From Candidatus Latescibacterota bacterium (GTDB taxonomy: Bacteria > Latescibacterota > UBA2968 > GCA-2709665), in assembly GCA_965226795.1 (NCBI GenBank), contig CBDDDZ010000005.1, positions 704,001 to 768,000 of the forward strand: a stretch of DNA of 64,000 nt. The letters run 5' to 3'. A model generated the notes under the pieces. It did no database searches and had not been told where the DNA came from. It saw only the letters and a program-made list of their open reading frames with translations. Positions 30,240 to 40,010 of the stretch are shown in pieces (within the stretch, counting starts at the first letter, position 1; the number at the start of each line of letters is the position of its first letter). A program made the position numbers and the translations under genes.

Positions 30240-31136
30240 TCACCCACCGGAAGAACCCCGGTTTTTGTCCTGAAGTTCACGGATGAACGCCGGGCTCAGG
30301 GCGCCCTGAGCGACCTCCGCGACGGGACCCTCCATGGTAAGGCGGAACTCGGAGTTAACGGCGACGTGGAGAGCGCCGCCCGGAGCGTTCACGGTTACCG
30401 GCGATTCCACCAGCCCCAGGCGAACGGCGGCGCAGGCCGCCGCGCAGGACGACGATCCGGATGCCTGTGTTTCTCCTGCCCCTCGCTCCCAGATGAGAAT
30501 GAAGATTTCCATCGGACCCGTGGGTACGGCCAATTGCACGTTGATGCGATTGGGGAAGAGTTCGTGATTCTCCAGGGCGGGACCCAGGCAGAGCAGTTCA
30601 TCGCGCGTCCAGGCATGGTTCGAGGGTTTGAAGATAACGCAGTGCGGGTTTCCCACGCTGACGCCTGTGAATCTCAGGTCGCGTCCTGCGGCGGTTATCG
30701 GACAATCGATGAGTTCACCGCCGGCCAGCGTGCATGGGAGCGCGTCGGGATTGAAGTTGGCACGTCCCATCTCCACGGTTGCCAGGCTCGCTTCTCCGTA
30801 ACGGTCGATGTGAATCTGGATCTCCACAAGTCCGCCCAGGGTGTCTACGGTAAAGTTACTCCTACGCGTCCGCCGGGTGGCGTGGAGAAACCGGGCAAAA
30901 ATGCGAAGGCCGTTCCCCGACTTTTCTGCTTCGCTGCCATCGGGGTTGAAAATGCGCAGGCTGAAGTCGGCTCCTGCTGCGGGTTCCAGGGTGAGGATGC
31001 CGTCACCGCCGATACCCCGGTTGCGATCGCAAATATAACGGATATTCCCGGGAGTGAGTTCAAAGTCGAGTTCGGACGGATCCATAACGATGTAGTCGTT
31101 ACCCAGACCGTGGCCTTTAAAAAAACCGTTTCTCAC
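30240..31136 (-). CDS. dapF: Diaminopimelate epimerase-family protein with both catalytic Cys replaced by Ser
   Basis: KGHGLGNDY, GIGGDG, NPDGSEAEKSGNG, VGNPH, ERGAGETQASGS. Confidence 0.8.
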   Translation of the reverse strand: MRNGFFKGHGLGNDYIVMDPSELDFELTPGNIRYICDRNRGIGGDGILTLEPAAGADFSLRIFNPDGSEAEKSGNGLRIFARFLHATRRTRRSNFTVDTLGGLVEIQIHIDRYGEASLATVEMGRANFNPDALPCTLAGGELIDCPITAAGRDLRFTGVSVGNPHCVIFKPSNHAWTRDELLCLGPALENHELFPNRINVQLAVPTGPMEIFILIWERGAGETQASGSSSCAAACAAVRLGLVESPVTVNAPGGALHVAVNSEFRLTMEGPVAEVAQGALSPAFIRELQDKNRGSSGG

Positions 31137-31217
31137 GAATCCTCCGTCAAACGTGATTCGGGCGTCGGCGTTTGGGGGCATGAATCCGGCAAACCCCAAT
31201 ACCGACGCCCGTATCCC

Positions 31218-32186
31218 TTACTTCCACACCAGTACCACACCCATCGTCTCACCCAGCCGCGTGTAAAGCAAGTCAAAAGCTTCAGCAGCTTCCTGGAAGG
31301 GAAAGCGGTGGGTAATCATCTCTTCGGCGCGAATCTCTTTGTGGGCAAGCAGCTGGAGCGCACGGTCCGACCCCAGGGAGCGTTTGCCGCCGTCCGAATA
31401 ACCGCCGACAATGCGCCGGCCCTGGATCTTCCCGGAGTCGAGGGGAAGCGGCTCTTCCTCATATAAGCCGATGACCTGGATAAGTCCCCGGCGTTTCACC
31501 ATATCCTGCGCCTGTGCGAAGGCGGCCGCGCCCGCGCGCCCGCCCACCGCCTCAACCACGACGTCGACGCCGGCGCCCTCCGTCAGCCGCCCGATCGCCC
31601 GCACCGGATCTTCCCGGGATGCGTCCACCACGTGGTCGGCGCCGAGGCGCCCTGCCAGGTCGCATCTGAGGGGCAGCGCATCCACCGCGATAACCCTGGC
31701 GTCCATGTCTGCCTTAAGCGCCTGCATGCAGATGGAGCCCACCAGACCCTGTCCGAGAATGGCGACCGTGTTTTCTTTGCGGGCGTCGATTTCCCACATC
31801 CACAGGACGGAACTCGTGCTCAGCGGCCAGAAGGTGGCGGCTTCGGAGGAGACCGCATCCGGAAGATGCACTACAGGATCTGTGTGGCGGGAACCCACGA
31901 TTTCGACGGCAACGTACTCCGCGTGTGGCGCAATCGCGGCCACACGGTCTCCCATAGAGAAGCCGTCAACGCGCGCACCGACCTCGACGATGTCCCCCAC
32001 GAATGAGTAGCCCATGCTCTGATGGTCGATGGACTCGGGACGGATGTAACGCCGCCAGATTTCGGAACCCCGGCTGATCAGGCTGCATTCTGCCCGGATC
32101 AGAACCTGGGTGGGCGCGATCTCGGGTATGGGTACGTCTTCGATTACGATATTGTATTCGCCTTCCGGCTTTGCAACGCGTTTCAT
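31218..32186 (-). CDS. MDR/zinc-type alcohol dehydrogenase-like protein
   Basis: SLISRGSE, GYSFVG, GQGLVG Rossmann motif, ITHRF. Confidence 0.85.
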   Translation of the reverse strand: MKRVAKPEGEYNIVIEDVPIPEIAPTQVLIRAECSLISRGSEIWRRYIRPESIDHQSMGYSFVGDIVEVGARVDGFSMGDRVAAIAPHAEYVAVEIVGSRHTDPVVHLPDAVSSEAATFWPLSTSSVLWMWEIDARKENTVAILGQGLVGSICMQALKADMDARVIAVDALPLRCDLAGRLGADHVVDASREDPVRAIGRLTEGAGVDVVVEAVGGRAGAAAFAQAQDMVKRRGLIQVIGLYEEEPLPLDSGKIQGRRIVGGYSDGGKRSLGSDRALQLLAHKEIRAEEMITHRFPFQEAAEAFDLLYTRLGETMGVVLVWK

Positions 32187-32298
32187 GATGGAGTTCCTGA
32201 ATTTGAAACATCGAACAGGGTGGACGAAAACGTCTTGATGAACGAGGGAGCGAAATGCTCGACGGAGCGACTCCGGTCGTGCGCTTCGGAGTTGTCGG

Positions 32299-33036
32299 TT
32301 ATGCCACCGGCGTGAGATCCTGGATGTCGCATCGAAAAACCCACGTGCCCTCTCTTACGTAGTGTATGGCGAACGCCAGGCGGGGCCTGCCGATGGACCG
32401 GTTTGCGTACGAGCCGTGGATGGTTCCGCCGGTAAAGTAGACCCCCGACCCACGCGGTACCGTAAGAAAGGTGAGTTCGTCCGGGCGCGCGCCGGTGACT
32501 TCGTGGGAGTGCATGGTTTCGGACCACTCTTTTCCGTCGGGTCCGCGCATGGCATAATCTTTCACCCACGAGGCGTGTTCACCGCTGTCTTCGGGGGGGC
32601 GGGTTTTCCGGAGCGGGGCCAGGTGGCTGCCGGCGGCGACGCAGAGACCGCCGTTGTTTCTGTCGGTGTCGCTCAGTGCGAGCCAGCAGGCCATGAGGGT
32701 ACCGGGTTCGTTCCGGATATAGTGGGCGTCCTGGTGCAGCGCGATGCCGGTGCCGCCTCTCGGCGCTTTCGCCATGTACATGGTTTGAACGATCATTGGC
32801 GGCCCACCCAGCAGTTGGGTCGCGATGCCCGTAACGCGAGGGTGCGACGCCAGATAGCGCCACTGCGGGTCCGCAGTGTGTCTGCGCAGGCCGAGTTCCA
32901 GGATTTTCGGAGGCTTCGGCTCTGCCTCCTCTTCCAGGAAGGTGTCGATTTCACGCCCGGTCAACTGGTTCGGAACCTGGATGAATCCGTTTGTTCGATA
33001 CGCTGCCATCTGTCCGGGTGTCAGTGCGAGTTCCAT
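32299..33036 (-). CDS. PhyH-family dioxygenase
   Basis: LHQD, NGGLCVAAGSH, IHGSYAN..R. Confidence 0.88.
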   Translation of the reverse strand: MELALTPGQMAAYRTNGFIQVPNQLTGREIDTFLEEEAEPKPPKILELGLRRHTADPQWRYLASHPRVTGIATQLLGGPPMIVQTMYMAKAPRGGTGIALHQDAHYIRNEPGTLMACWLALSDTDRNNGGLCVAAGSHLAPLRKTRPPEDSGEHASWVKDYAMRGPDGKEWSETMHSHEVTGARPDELTFLTVPRGSGVYFTGGTIHGSYANRSIGRPRLAFAIHYVREGTWVFRCDIQDLTPVA

Positions 33037-33049
33037 CTCGGCTTCCGCT

Positions 33050-34000
33050 TCAAGCGAGGTCGTATGGATTGGACCAGGCCTTGGTGCCGTCCGTTCCGAT
33101 GACTTCGAAACGTGCCCAGCGCGCGCCGGGACGCAGCTTGAAGGTGGCACTTGTAAATGGATTCCCGGATTCTCTGTATTCGGTACCGAAGGTATCGCAA
33201 ATGGCAAGGATACACCGGGATTCGGAACATTCCACAGTGGCCTCCACGGCCCCCGGCTCACCCATGGTCTTGCGCAGGCTGATGCTGCGAATTCTCGCGC
33301 CCGTGCTCGAATAGCTCGCACCCTTTGCGAGCGCTTCGACAATGTCCCGCGGGGAGCGGTCTTTCACGCACGCCATCGTCCAGCCCCCGTAGGTATCGCG
33401 ATTGTCGGATTCGAGGGCGTGGGAATCGTCGTTGGCCAGTGCGGGATACAGCCTGCTTTCCAGGTCCATCCAATCGTCCCAGTGAACGCCGGATTCGCCC
33501 CGTCCTGCGCATCGGCAGGTCGTGTTGAACACCTCCACGCCGGCCAGTCCCGTCAGGGGCAGGGTGTCGCGGAGTATGTTGACCGAGCTCCAGTAAGGGT
33601 GGGCCAGCCACGTGCTGCCGCCCTGGTCCTGCACGGCGTCGATAACGTGCTGGGGGGGCATGTTCTCCGAGTCCAAATCTTCGTGGATGTTCAGACAGAG
33701 AAAATGGTGTTTCTGACCTCCGAACGGGTTGTCCGGATGCAGTTCTGCGCCCTGAATGAGTACAAAATCCTCAGGACAGTCCACGGAATCGATCCGGGTG
33801 ATTCTGCGATGGTCCGAAAGGCAGAGATAGTCGTATCCCTGGTTGACATAACCATCCAGGCGCTCCTGGGGCGACGCCCTGCCGTCGGAGTTCGTCGTGT
33901 GGGAGTGTAGGTTGCCCTTCAGCCAGAAATATCCGTCTTCGGCCTTAAGGCTGAAGGGATCGACAAGGTTGTGACGCGGCGGGTATTGAGCCATGGACAT
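33050..34000 (-). CDS. PHP-domain metallohydrolase (CehA/McbA-like)
   Basis: GNLHSHTTNSDG, SDH, AHP, EVFN, NDDSH. Confidence 0.85.
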   Translation of the reverse strand: MSMAQYPPRHNLVDPFSLKAEDGYFWLKGNLHSHTTNSDGRASPQERLDGYVNQGYDYLCLSDHRRITRIDSVDCPEDFVLIQGAELHPDNPFGGQKHHFLCLNIHEDLDSENMPPQHVIDAVQDQGGSTWLAHPYWSSVNILRDTLPLTGLAGVEVFNTTCRCAGRGESGVHWDDWMDLESRLYPALANDDSHALESDNRDTYGGWTMACVKDRSPRDIVEALAKGASYSSTGARIRSISLRKTMGEPGAVEATVECSESRCILAICDTFGTEYRESGNPFTSATFKLRPGARWARFEVIGTDGTKAWSNPYDLA

Positions 34001-34072
34001 GCTCCGGTAGCAAACCGGATCGCGTCAATCAGGACCGGATCCGGGTATTGATTTGAGGGCGTGCGCACCGGG

Positions 34073-35245
34073 TCACCTTCGGCCGACAATTGACGGCAGA
34101 TTGGTTACCGGACATGCCCTGGCCCCCTTGACGTCGTATCCCATGTCTTTGAGGATACAACTGATCTGCGCTTCCAGCTTGAGCAGATAATCCTTCTCCT
34201 CGGCGCTCATGGCCTGGCGTGGCGGACCGACGTCGAAACCCCGCACCGCCACGCCCGTTTTAAAGCCTTCCGGGAAGTTCACTCCCAGCAGCATGAGGTT
34301 GATAAGGTCCAGTACGCGATATTGCATGTCGCGCGCGTTTTCGATTTCGCCGGCCAGGGTTTTTTCGTAGATGTCCACAATGACTTCGGGAATGATGCCG
34401 GATGTCGCGATCGTGCCTCCGCTCGCGCCCATCATGATTGAGGGACAGAGGATTTCTTCGCAGCCGACCAGGACCACGTACTCGGGGCGCTGCGCGCGCA
34501 GCCGGTGCATGGTGTTGATCAGGCGCGGCATGTCCCGGCTGGAGTCTTTGGTACCCATAATGCGTTCGAACGGCAGCAACCGTTCCATGATGTCCAATGT
34601 GAGTTCCTGCGTGAACTGGGGGATATTGTACACGAGAACGTCTAGAGGTGTCTGTCTGGCGATTTCGGCGAAGTATTCGAAAAGACTGGTATCGGATATC
34701 TTGTAATAGTAGGGGGGTACAAGCGATATGGCGTCGACGTCAATGCTGGCGTAGTATTCGCCCATCTTGAGCACGTCGCGGAGGTTTGCCTCGCTGGCGC
34801 CGGCCAGAACCGGCACCCGCCCCTGGTTGACGTTCGTGACAACCCGCACCACCTCTTTGCGTTCGTCGCTGGACAGGCGCACGAATTCGCCCGTGCTGCC
34901 ATTCGGATACAACCCGTGGATGCCGGCCTCGATGAGCCAGTTAACGTAGCGCTCCATCTCTCCGTAGTTGATGCGGTCGTTGCCGTCGAAGATGACGATG
35001 TTGGGGCAGAAGATGCCCTTGAATTCCCTTCTTGCACCTGCGTTTCGATGGCGGAACGGCACCGAGGTCCGCAGACCGGCGGGTGCGGCCTCGTTCCTCG
35101 TCACCTCCACGCGGTTGGCCGCCAGGTAATCCAGCGCCAACGGAGTCAGCTTTGCCCGCGGGCAGATTTCGACCTCGCGCTGCGTGCCCAGTTTATCCTT
35201 GAGCAGCTGTTCGGTAACGACCGGATCGTCAATGCGGATCATCAA
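34073..35245 (-). CDS. DHDPS/DapA-family aldolase or dehydratase with ~70-aa N-terminal extension
   Basis: GSTGE, PPYY, YNIP, GTKDSS; N-terminal VVTE...AKLTPLALDYL domain. Confidence 0.85.
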   Translation of the reverse strand: MMIRIDDPVVTEQLLKDKLGTQREVEICPRAKLTPLALDYLAANRVEVTRNEAAPAGLRTSVPFRHRNAGARREFKGIFCPNIVIFDGNDRINYGEMERYVNWLIEAGIHGLYPNGSTGEFVRLSSDERKEVVRVVTNVNQGRVPVLAGASEANLRDVLKMGEYYASIDVDAISLVPPYYYKISDTSLFEYFAEIARQTPLDVLVYNIPQFTQELTLDIMERLLPFERIMGTKDSSRDMPRLINTMHRLRAQRPEYVVLVGCEEILCPSIMMGASGGTIATSGIIPEVIVDIYEKTLAGEIENARDMQYRVLDLINLMLLGVNFPEGFKTGVAVRGFDVGPPRQAMSAEEKDYLLKLEAQISCILKDMGYDVKGARACPVTNLPSIVGRR

Positions 35246-35281
35246 TATCCTCGGGAATGGGACAGGGCGTTCAGCACGTGA

Positions 35282-36442
35282 TCAGTGAATCAGCCGCTCT
35301 TCCAGTGCCGGAATGGGGTTGGGTATGAGATGGGCGGATACCAGCTCCCCATATTTCTCTGCTTCCATCGCGCCGACTCTCAGCGCCGTGCCAACCGCGC
35401 CGACGTCTCCCCGGATTACGCTGGCCGTGAGAAAGTACCCCACCTTGTACCGTCCCTCGTATTCCACGTCGGCGGATTTCAACATCTGATCCATGGCTTT
35501 GACCAGGGCCACGGTGCTGCGGGTTTCGATCAGGCCCATCGCCAGGTTTCCGCTCGCGGGTCTCCCGGTGTCGCTGCCGCCAAAACAGGCCAGGATTTCG
35601 GAAGATGGACGGGAAACAACGCACGACGCATTCAGTTCCCCGGCTTCCTGAGCGCCGTCGACGCCGGCCTGGACGGCTGCCTGGACCGCGTCAAGGGTAC
35701 CCTTCACCAGCGCGTCTACCCGTCCTCCTCCGGCAATGGCGAGGCGCACGAGGCCAACGTCAGCCGCTTTGACCATCGCGTCGCAGCCGCCGACCGCACA
35801 CGCATAGCCGGTCGTCTCAAGAACACCCAGCGCGCCGACGTCGATCTCCGGCCCGTTCGATATCGGTGTATAGGGAAGCAGTGGCGCGATGCCCTCTTCG
35901 GGGCTCGGAATGTCCAGGGCGGCGTAGACCTCTCCGACCTCACCCGCGCACGCTTTACCGGCCTGGACGGCGGTCCGGACCGACGATATATCGCCCCTTA
36001 CCATAAGATGAACCAGTGCGCCGCCGATGGATGCCCAGCCGGCGACGTGGACGGGCGCGCTTTTGATCATGGCGTCCGCGCCCCGGATGAGGGGCGCCAT
36101 GCCGCGGGTTTCGAGGATACCCACCGCCAGGGGTCCGACCGGCCTCGCCGCGGTTGCACCCGTCCTGTGGGGCATGGATTCCAGGGCACGCGCGTCGGGA
36201 CCCGGGATGACGTTGGCAGTGATCAGGTCGCCGTGATTCGCGGCCTCGGTTCTGCCTATTCCGACGGCGGCTTCGACGTCCGAAACGGACCCTTCAATGA
36301 CAACGGTCACCCAACCGGAACCCACGCCGTGTCGTCCAAGAACCCTGACGTCAACGGTCTTCAGCATGGCGTCGAGGGCCGCAATGAGCGCGGTCATGCC
36401 GCGGGTTTCCAGAATCCCCAGGGCATGATTTCGTGCGTTCAC
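35282..36442 (-). CDS. BMC shell protein with four tandem BMC domains
   Basis: Four repeats of A(L/V/M)G(I/V/L)(L/I)ETxG...DxMxK...GxVxxVxxAV...(I/V)PxP. Confidence 0.9.
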   Translation of the reverse strand: MNARNHALGILETRGMTALIAALDAMLKTVDVRVLGRHGVGSGWVTVVIEGSVSDVEAAVGIGRTEAANHGDLITANVIPGPDARALESMPHRTGATAARPVGPLAVGILETRGMAPLIRGADAMIKSAPVHVAGWASIGGALVHLMVRGDISSVRTAVQAGKACAGEVGEVYAALDIPSPEEGIAPLLPYTPISNGPEIDVGALGVLETTGYACAVGGCDAMVKAADVGLVRLAIAGGGRVDALVKGTLDAVQAAVQAGVDGAQEAGELNASCVVSRPSSEILACFGGSDTGRPASGNLAMGLIETRSTVALVKAMDQMLKSADVEYEGRYKVGYFLTASVIRGDVGAVGTALRVGAMEAEKYGELVSAHLIPNPIPALEERLIH

Positions 36443-36451
36443 GGCAGCCCC

Positions 36452-37009
36452 TCAGGGGCCGAATGCCCGGAGGACTTCGGGCAAGGGTTGGGGAATCAGC
36501 GCGTCACAGAGGAAATTTTCCCCGGCTTCAACGCTCGCGCGTCCCACGGGCAGTGCTTCGCCCACGGAGGCTACATCGCCCAGAATAAGGGAGCAGACCA
36601 CCCGGTTGTGAACGGTGAGCACGTTATAGATCCGGACGTCGGCCGCTTTGACCATGTGGTCGTTGGCGGTGATGTGGGCGCCATATCCCCTGGTCTCGAT
36701 CAGACCCAGTGCACCGGACGCTGTCCGCCGTCCATGCGCTCCTGCATTAGAGACGTATTCCCGACAGATGGGTTCGGGTTGTGTCATTGGCGCCACCACC
36801 ACGTGGCTCACGACCTCTCTGGCCGCTTTTTCACCGCTCTTTAGCGCCGTATCGACCCTGCTTATGGATCCGCCCAGGAAAACGGTGGTGAATCCGCCGA
36901 TGGATTCCCAACCCAGGAGATCCACGCCGGCGGCTTTACAGGCGGCATCCGCCGCAAGAATAATGCCGGCGACGCCTTCGACTTCGATCATGCCGATTGC
37001 GGCTGACAT
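36452..37009 (-). CDS. BMC shell protein with two tandem BMC domains
   Basis: AIGMIEVEG..ADAACKAA and ALGLIETRG..NDHMVKAA. Confidence 0.9.
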   Translation of the reverse strand: MSAAIGMIEVEGVAGIILAADAACKAAGVDLLGWESIGGFTTVFLGGSISRVDTALKSGEKAAREVVSHVVVAPMTQPEPICREYVSNAGAHGRRTASGALGLIETRGYGAHITANDHMVKAADVRIYNVLTVHNRVVCSLILGDVASVGEALPVGRASVEAGENFLCDALIPQPLPEVLRAFGP

Positions 37010-37462
37010 GCTTCCGTCCAGGTGTCGTTATATCGAACGGTTAGGATCGAATATTACAAGGAGCGGCCAAAGCCAGACTTTTCCCCTGCTACCCGAGGGG
37101 CGGACGTAGACTATAGGGTGCTCCCGGAAATTATCCAATCGGACAAAATAGATGCCGGTCGAACCAAAGTCAAGGGCTATCGACCGAACGGGCCGGGGGT
37201 ACGACCTGAGAAGGGCGCACCACAAACGCTCCGGGCCGAGACCTCTGCGTTCATGCTCGAAATGCGTCGGAATCCCCCTCAAAAGCCGTCTGACAAATGC
37301 GGCGTGACGGGTGGCCTCATCCCGGTCGGGAGCATGGCAGTTCGTTCTGCCGGAATGCCTGGCGTGAGGAAATCGGAAGGCGGACGAAACGCGATTCGCC
37401 GGAGACGTCTGAAAGACCGGCGTGCCGGCAAACGACACTTCTTGTTTTCGCGACGCAGGGGC

Positions 37463-39883
37463 TCAGAACAACAGTACCGAAACGGCTTTCTGGATCATGG
37501 CAATGGAGACGGAGGCCATACCCACGAGGGACATTCCCACCGAAAATCCGACGTAGAGCACCGCGGCATAAAGGCGCCACTGCTGTCTGCCGAATCGCTT
37601 CCAGAAATAGTACCGCGCCAGGAGTGCACCGATGATCTCGGTGATGAGGAGGTGCGGAATGCTGGTCAGGCTCCGTATGTACCCGAAAATGAGCAGTATG
37701 GGCAGGCCGAAGACGGACAGAGCCACGAACGAGATCAGGCCGACGCCGAGTCCGATGAAGATAACCTTTTTCTTGAGGGCCTCGTACAGGATCGGCACGT
37801 CGTCCGAACTCTGAAGGTAAGAACCGTCGAAGGACGGTACCTGGTCCACTTCGAACTGGTATACCAATTCCCGATCCTGCGGGTCCCGGGCTTCGAGAAC
37901 GACCATGTTGGGATTGGGGTTGTCCGCGTGGCTTTCGTCTGAAGGACTTCGCAACACGGGCGCCGAAGGCAGCCCTTGCCGCAGAGCATCGGAAATGTCC
38001 GGTTCCGCCCGGTCCACCGGGAGCGGAGGCGTGAGAGGCCGGGTGGCGTCCTCGAAGTTCGTATAAAAGTACCCCACGCGGGACCAGGGCCCGTAGGCGC
38101 GTTGTTCGTGATCTTCGATGTCAACGTCGGCCGAGGTGCGTGCCCGCCAGTACCACCAGTTGCCGTCGGGCAGATTGCTGGGCTGGAAGGACACGGTTCC
38201 GGATGACGTGTCGGTCTCCACCTCGCCCTGCATGGTGGCGGTGTACCAGACACTGCTCTGCAGCGCCCGAAGCGGCCACATCAGCTGGACGTAGGGGTAG
38301 GAGGCCGAGGGAATAGGCGCCAGCTTCCAGATGTAGGACCAGTACATGAAACTGGTGAACAGCACGAGAGGCACCATGAAATATTCTGCTTTCAGGATCC
38401 CGGTGAATTTCGTTCCCGTGAGTTCGATCTGGCGGAACCGTTCCGCCTCGGCTCCCCAGTTGTGGAGGGGGAACGGCACAAACCAGATCTCGATGCCTTT
38501 AAAGCCGCTCAGGAAGATGGTGGCTTCCCTGATATACGGGATATTGACATTCTGTCCGACCAGGCCGTCCAGACGGGCGTTGACGAAGGAGATCAGCGGG
38601 GTGTAGACAAACGCGAAGATGAAAAAGAAGGCGAGAAGAACCTTTCCAACCAGGTCGGGAAAGAGAATCTTGGCCAGGATGATGGTGTACAGGCTGGCAA
38701 TACAGAAAAGGACGATGCAGATCCAGATACGGAAATCGCCCCGTCCGGGCGGCGGCGTCCAGCTTCCCTTTTCCTTCTTTTCCAGCCGGGCGGTCCGAAC
38801 CCCTGTCCAGACCTGGTAGAATCCGATAATTGCGATGGAGACGGTGATGCCGATGCCGAAGCTCATCCAGAAATCGATGCCCGTAACGAAGTGGGTCATG
38901 ATGGTATCCATTCCCATGAACCAGTGGGGCATGTATCCGTGCTGGTACAGGATGGGGCTGGCCACGGTGTGGATGACGACGCCGATGAATGCGCCCATGA
39001 CGGCCCAGAATGGCGCCAGAAGGCCGGCGAAGATGGGCGCCAGGTGGAGCGTGAATCCCAGCGGCGTGGCCTCCAGGAAATACCCCGTATACTGGGTGAA
39101 ATCCACCCATGGGATGGGGATGAGTTGAAGCGGGTTTTCCATGAACGCGCCGGTAATGGCGGGCACGGCCACGTAAATGGCCCCCCACACCACGCCGATC
39201 ACGGCGCCGATGCTGAAGACGCGCCAGCGCCATCCGTATTGGCCACTGCTTTCTTCCGCAAGCGCCATGGCGCCCTGTGCGTTGATGGGCGCGAACGGGA
39301 AAGGCAGGCGTTCGTAGTCCGAGGTGATGCGGAAGAGCACGTAACTGGCGGTGAACCACTGGATGCGTGCCATGATCATTCCCAGGACGAGCAGGGAGAT
39401 GGGCAGGAGCCAGTCCGCGTGCAGAAAGGTGCGGTCGATCAGGGCGGGAGAGTCGGGCGGGGGCGCCCACCAGCGGGGGATGAGGTGCGAGATGCCGAAC
39501 TGTTTGGCGGCGGGTGACTGAACGTAGTACTGGTGCCAGAGCAGGCCCTCGAATGCGCCGGTTTCTCGGGCAACCAGGGCGCTGGTGACATAAAAGAGAA
39601 GGTAAAGCTCCTGCTTTTTCAGCACGGTGAACGAGCGCTTGGCCAGTTCCAGAAACAGAATGATCGTTACCCACTGGGCAGCCGAGCCAACGGACTGACC
39701 CACCATCAGTTCCAGATAGATGTTGCCCGGAACCATAATTATGGAGACGAAGAGCGCGCCGAGAATGGTCTTGGAGTTGAAGCCCTCTTCGAATTCCTTG
39801 GGGACTTCAAGGAGATCCCGGTATTCTTCGATTTCCTGGAACGGATTGGTTTTGCGCTTGCGAAAGAGGTTCGATAACGCCAT
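37463..39883 (-). CDS. Multi-TM OPT-like (putative peptide) transporter with inserted soluble FN3-like domain
   Basis: Many TMs, ERLPFPFAPI, APIPSASYPY; hydrophilic insert with WYWRAR..YGPWS and YQFEVD. Confidence 0.7.
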   Translation of the reverse strand: MALSNLFRKRKTNPFQEIEEYRDLLEVPKEFEEGFNSKTILGALFVSIIMVPGNIYLELMVGQSVGSAAQWVTIILFLELAKRSFTVLKKQELYLLFYVTSALVARETGAFEGLLWHQYYVQSPAAKQFGISHLIPRWWAPPPDSPALIDRTFLHADWLLPISLLVLGMIMARIQWFTASYVLFRITSDYERLPFPFAPINAQGAMALAEESSGQYGWRWRVFSIGAVIGVVWGAIYVAVPAITGAFMENPLQLIPIPWVDFTQYTGYFLEATPLGFTLHLAPIFAGLLAPFWAVMGAFIGVVIHTVASPILYQHGYMPHWFMGMDTIMTHFVTGIDFWMSFGIGITVSIAIIGFYQVWTGVRTARLEKKEKGSWTPPPGRGDFRIWICIVLFCIASLYTIILAKILFPDLVGKVLLAFFFIFAFVYTPLISFVNARLDGLVGQNVNIPYIREATIFLSGFKGIEIWFVPFPLHNWGAEAERFRQIELTGTKFTGILKAEYFMVPLVLFTSFMYWSYIWKLAPIPSASYPYVQLMWPLRALQSSVWYTATMQGEVETDTSSGTVSFQPSNLPDGNWWYWRARTSADVDIEDHEQRAYGPWSRVGYFYTNFEDATRPLTPPLPVDRAEPDISDALRQGLPSAPVLRSPSDESHADNPNPNMVVLEARDPQDRELVYQFEVDQVPSFDGSYLQSSDDVPILYEALKKKVIFIGLGVGLISFVALSVFGLPILLIFGYIRSLTSIPHLLITEIIGALLARYYFWKRFGRQQWRLYAAVLYVGFSVGMSLVGMASVSIAMIQKAVSVLLF

Positions 39884-40010
39884 GGAATTCTATCGAGATG
39901 TGAGGGTTAGCGGGCTGGGAAAAATACAAATAAAGAGGGAATTTGCAAAGACAATTTCCGGATTGCGATATCTATATCCCAAACGCGTCCTGTCTATGCC
40001 GCATCTTTTT

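Noticed and set aside
35285..36844. Long antisense ORFs (also 7510..8694, 29916..31466, 38462..39517, 60623..61633)
   Set aside because: Shadows of well-supported genes on the opposite strand in GC-rich DNA; no motifs
37010..37462. Hidden BMC pentamer (EutN/CcmL) gene upstream of the shell genes
   Set aside because: The ORFs listed here lack EutN-like motifs and look non-coding
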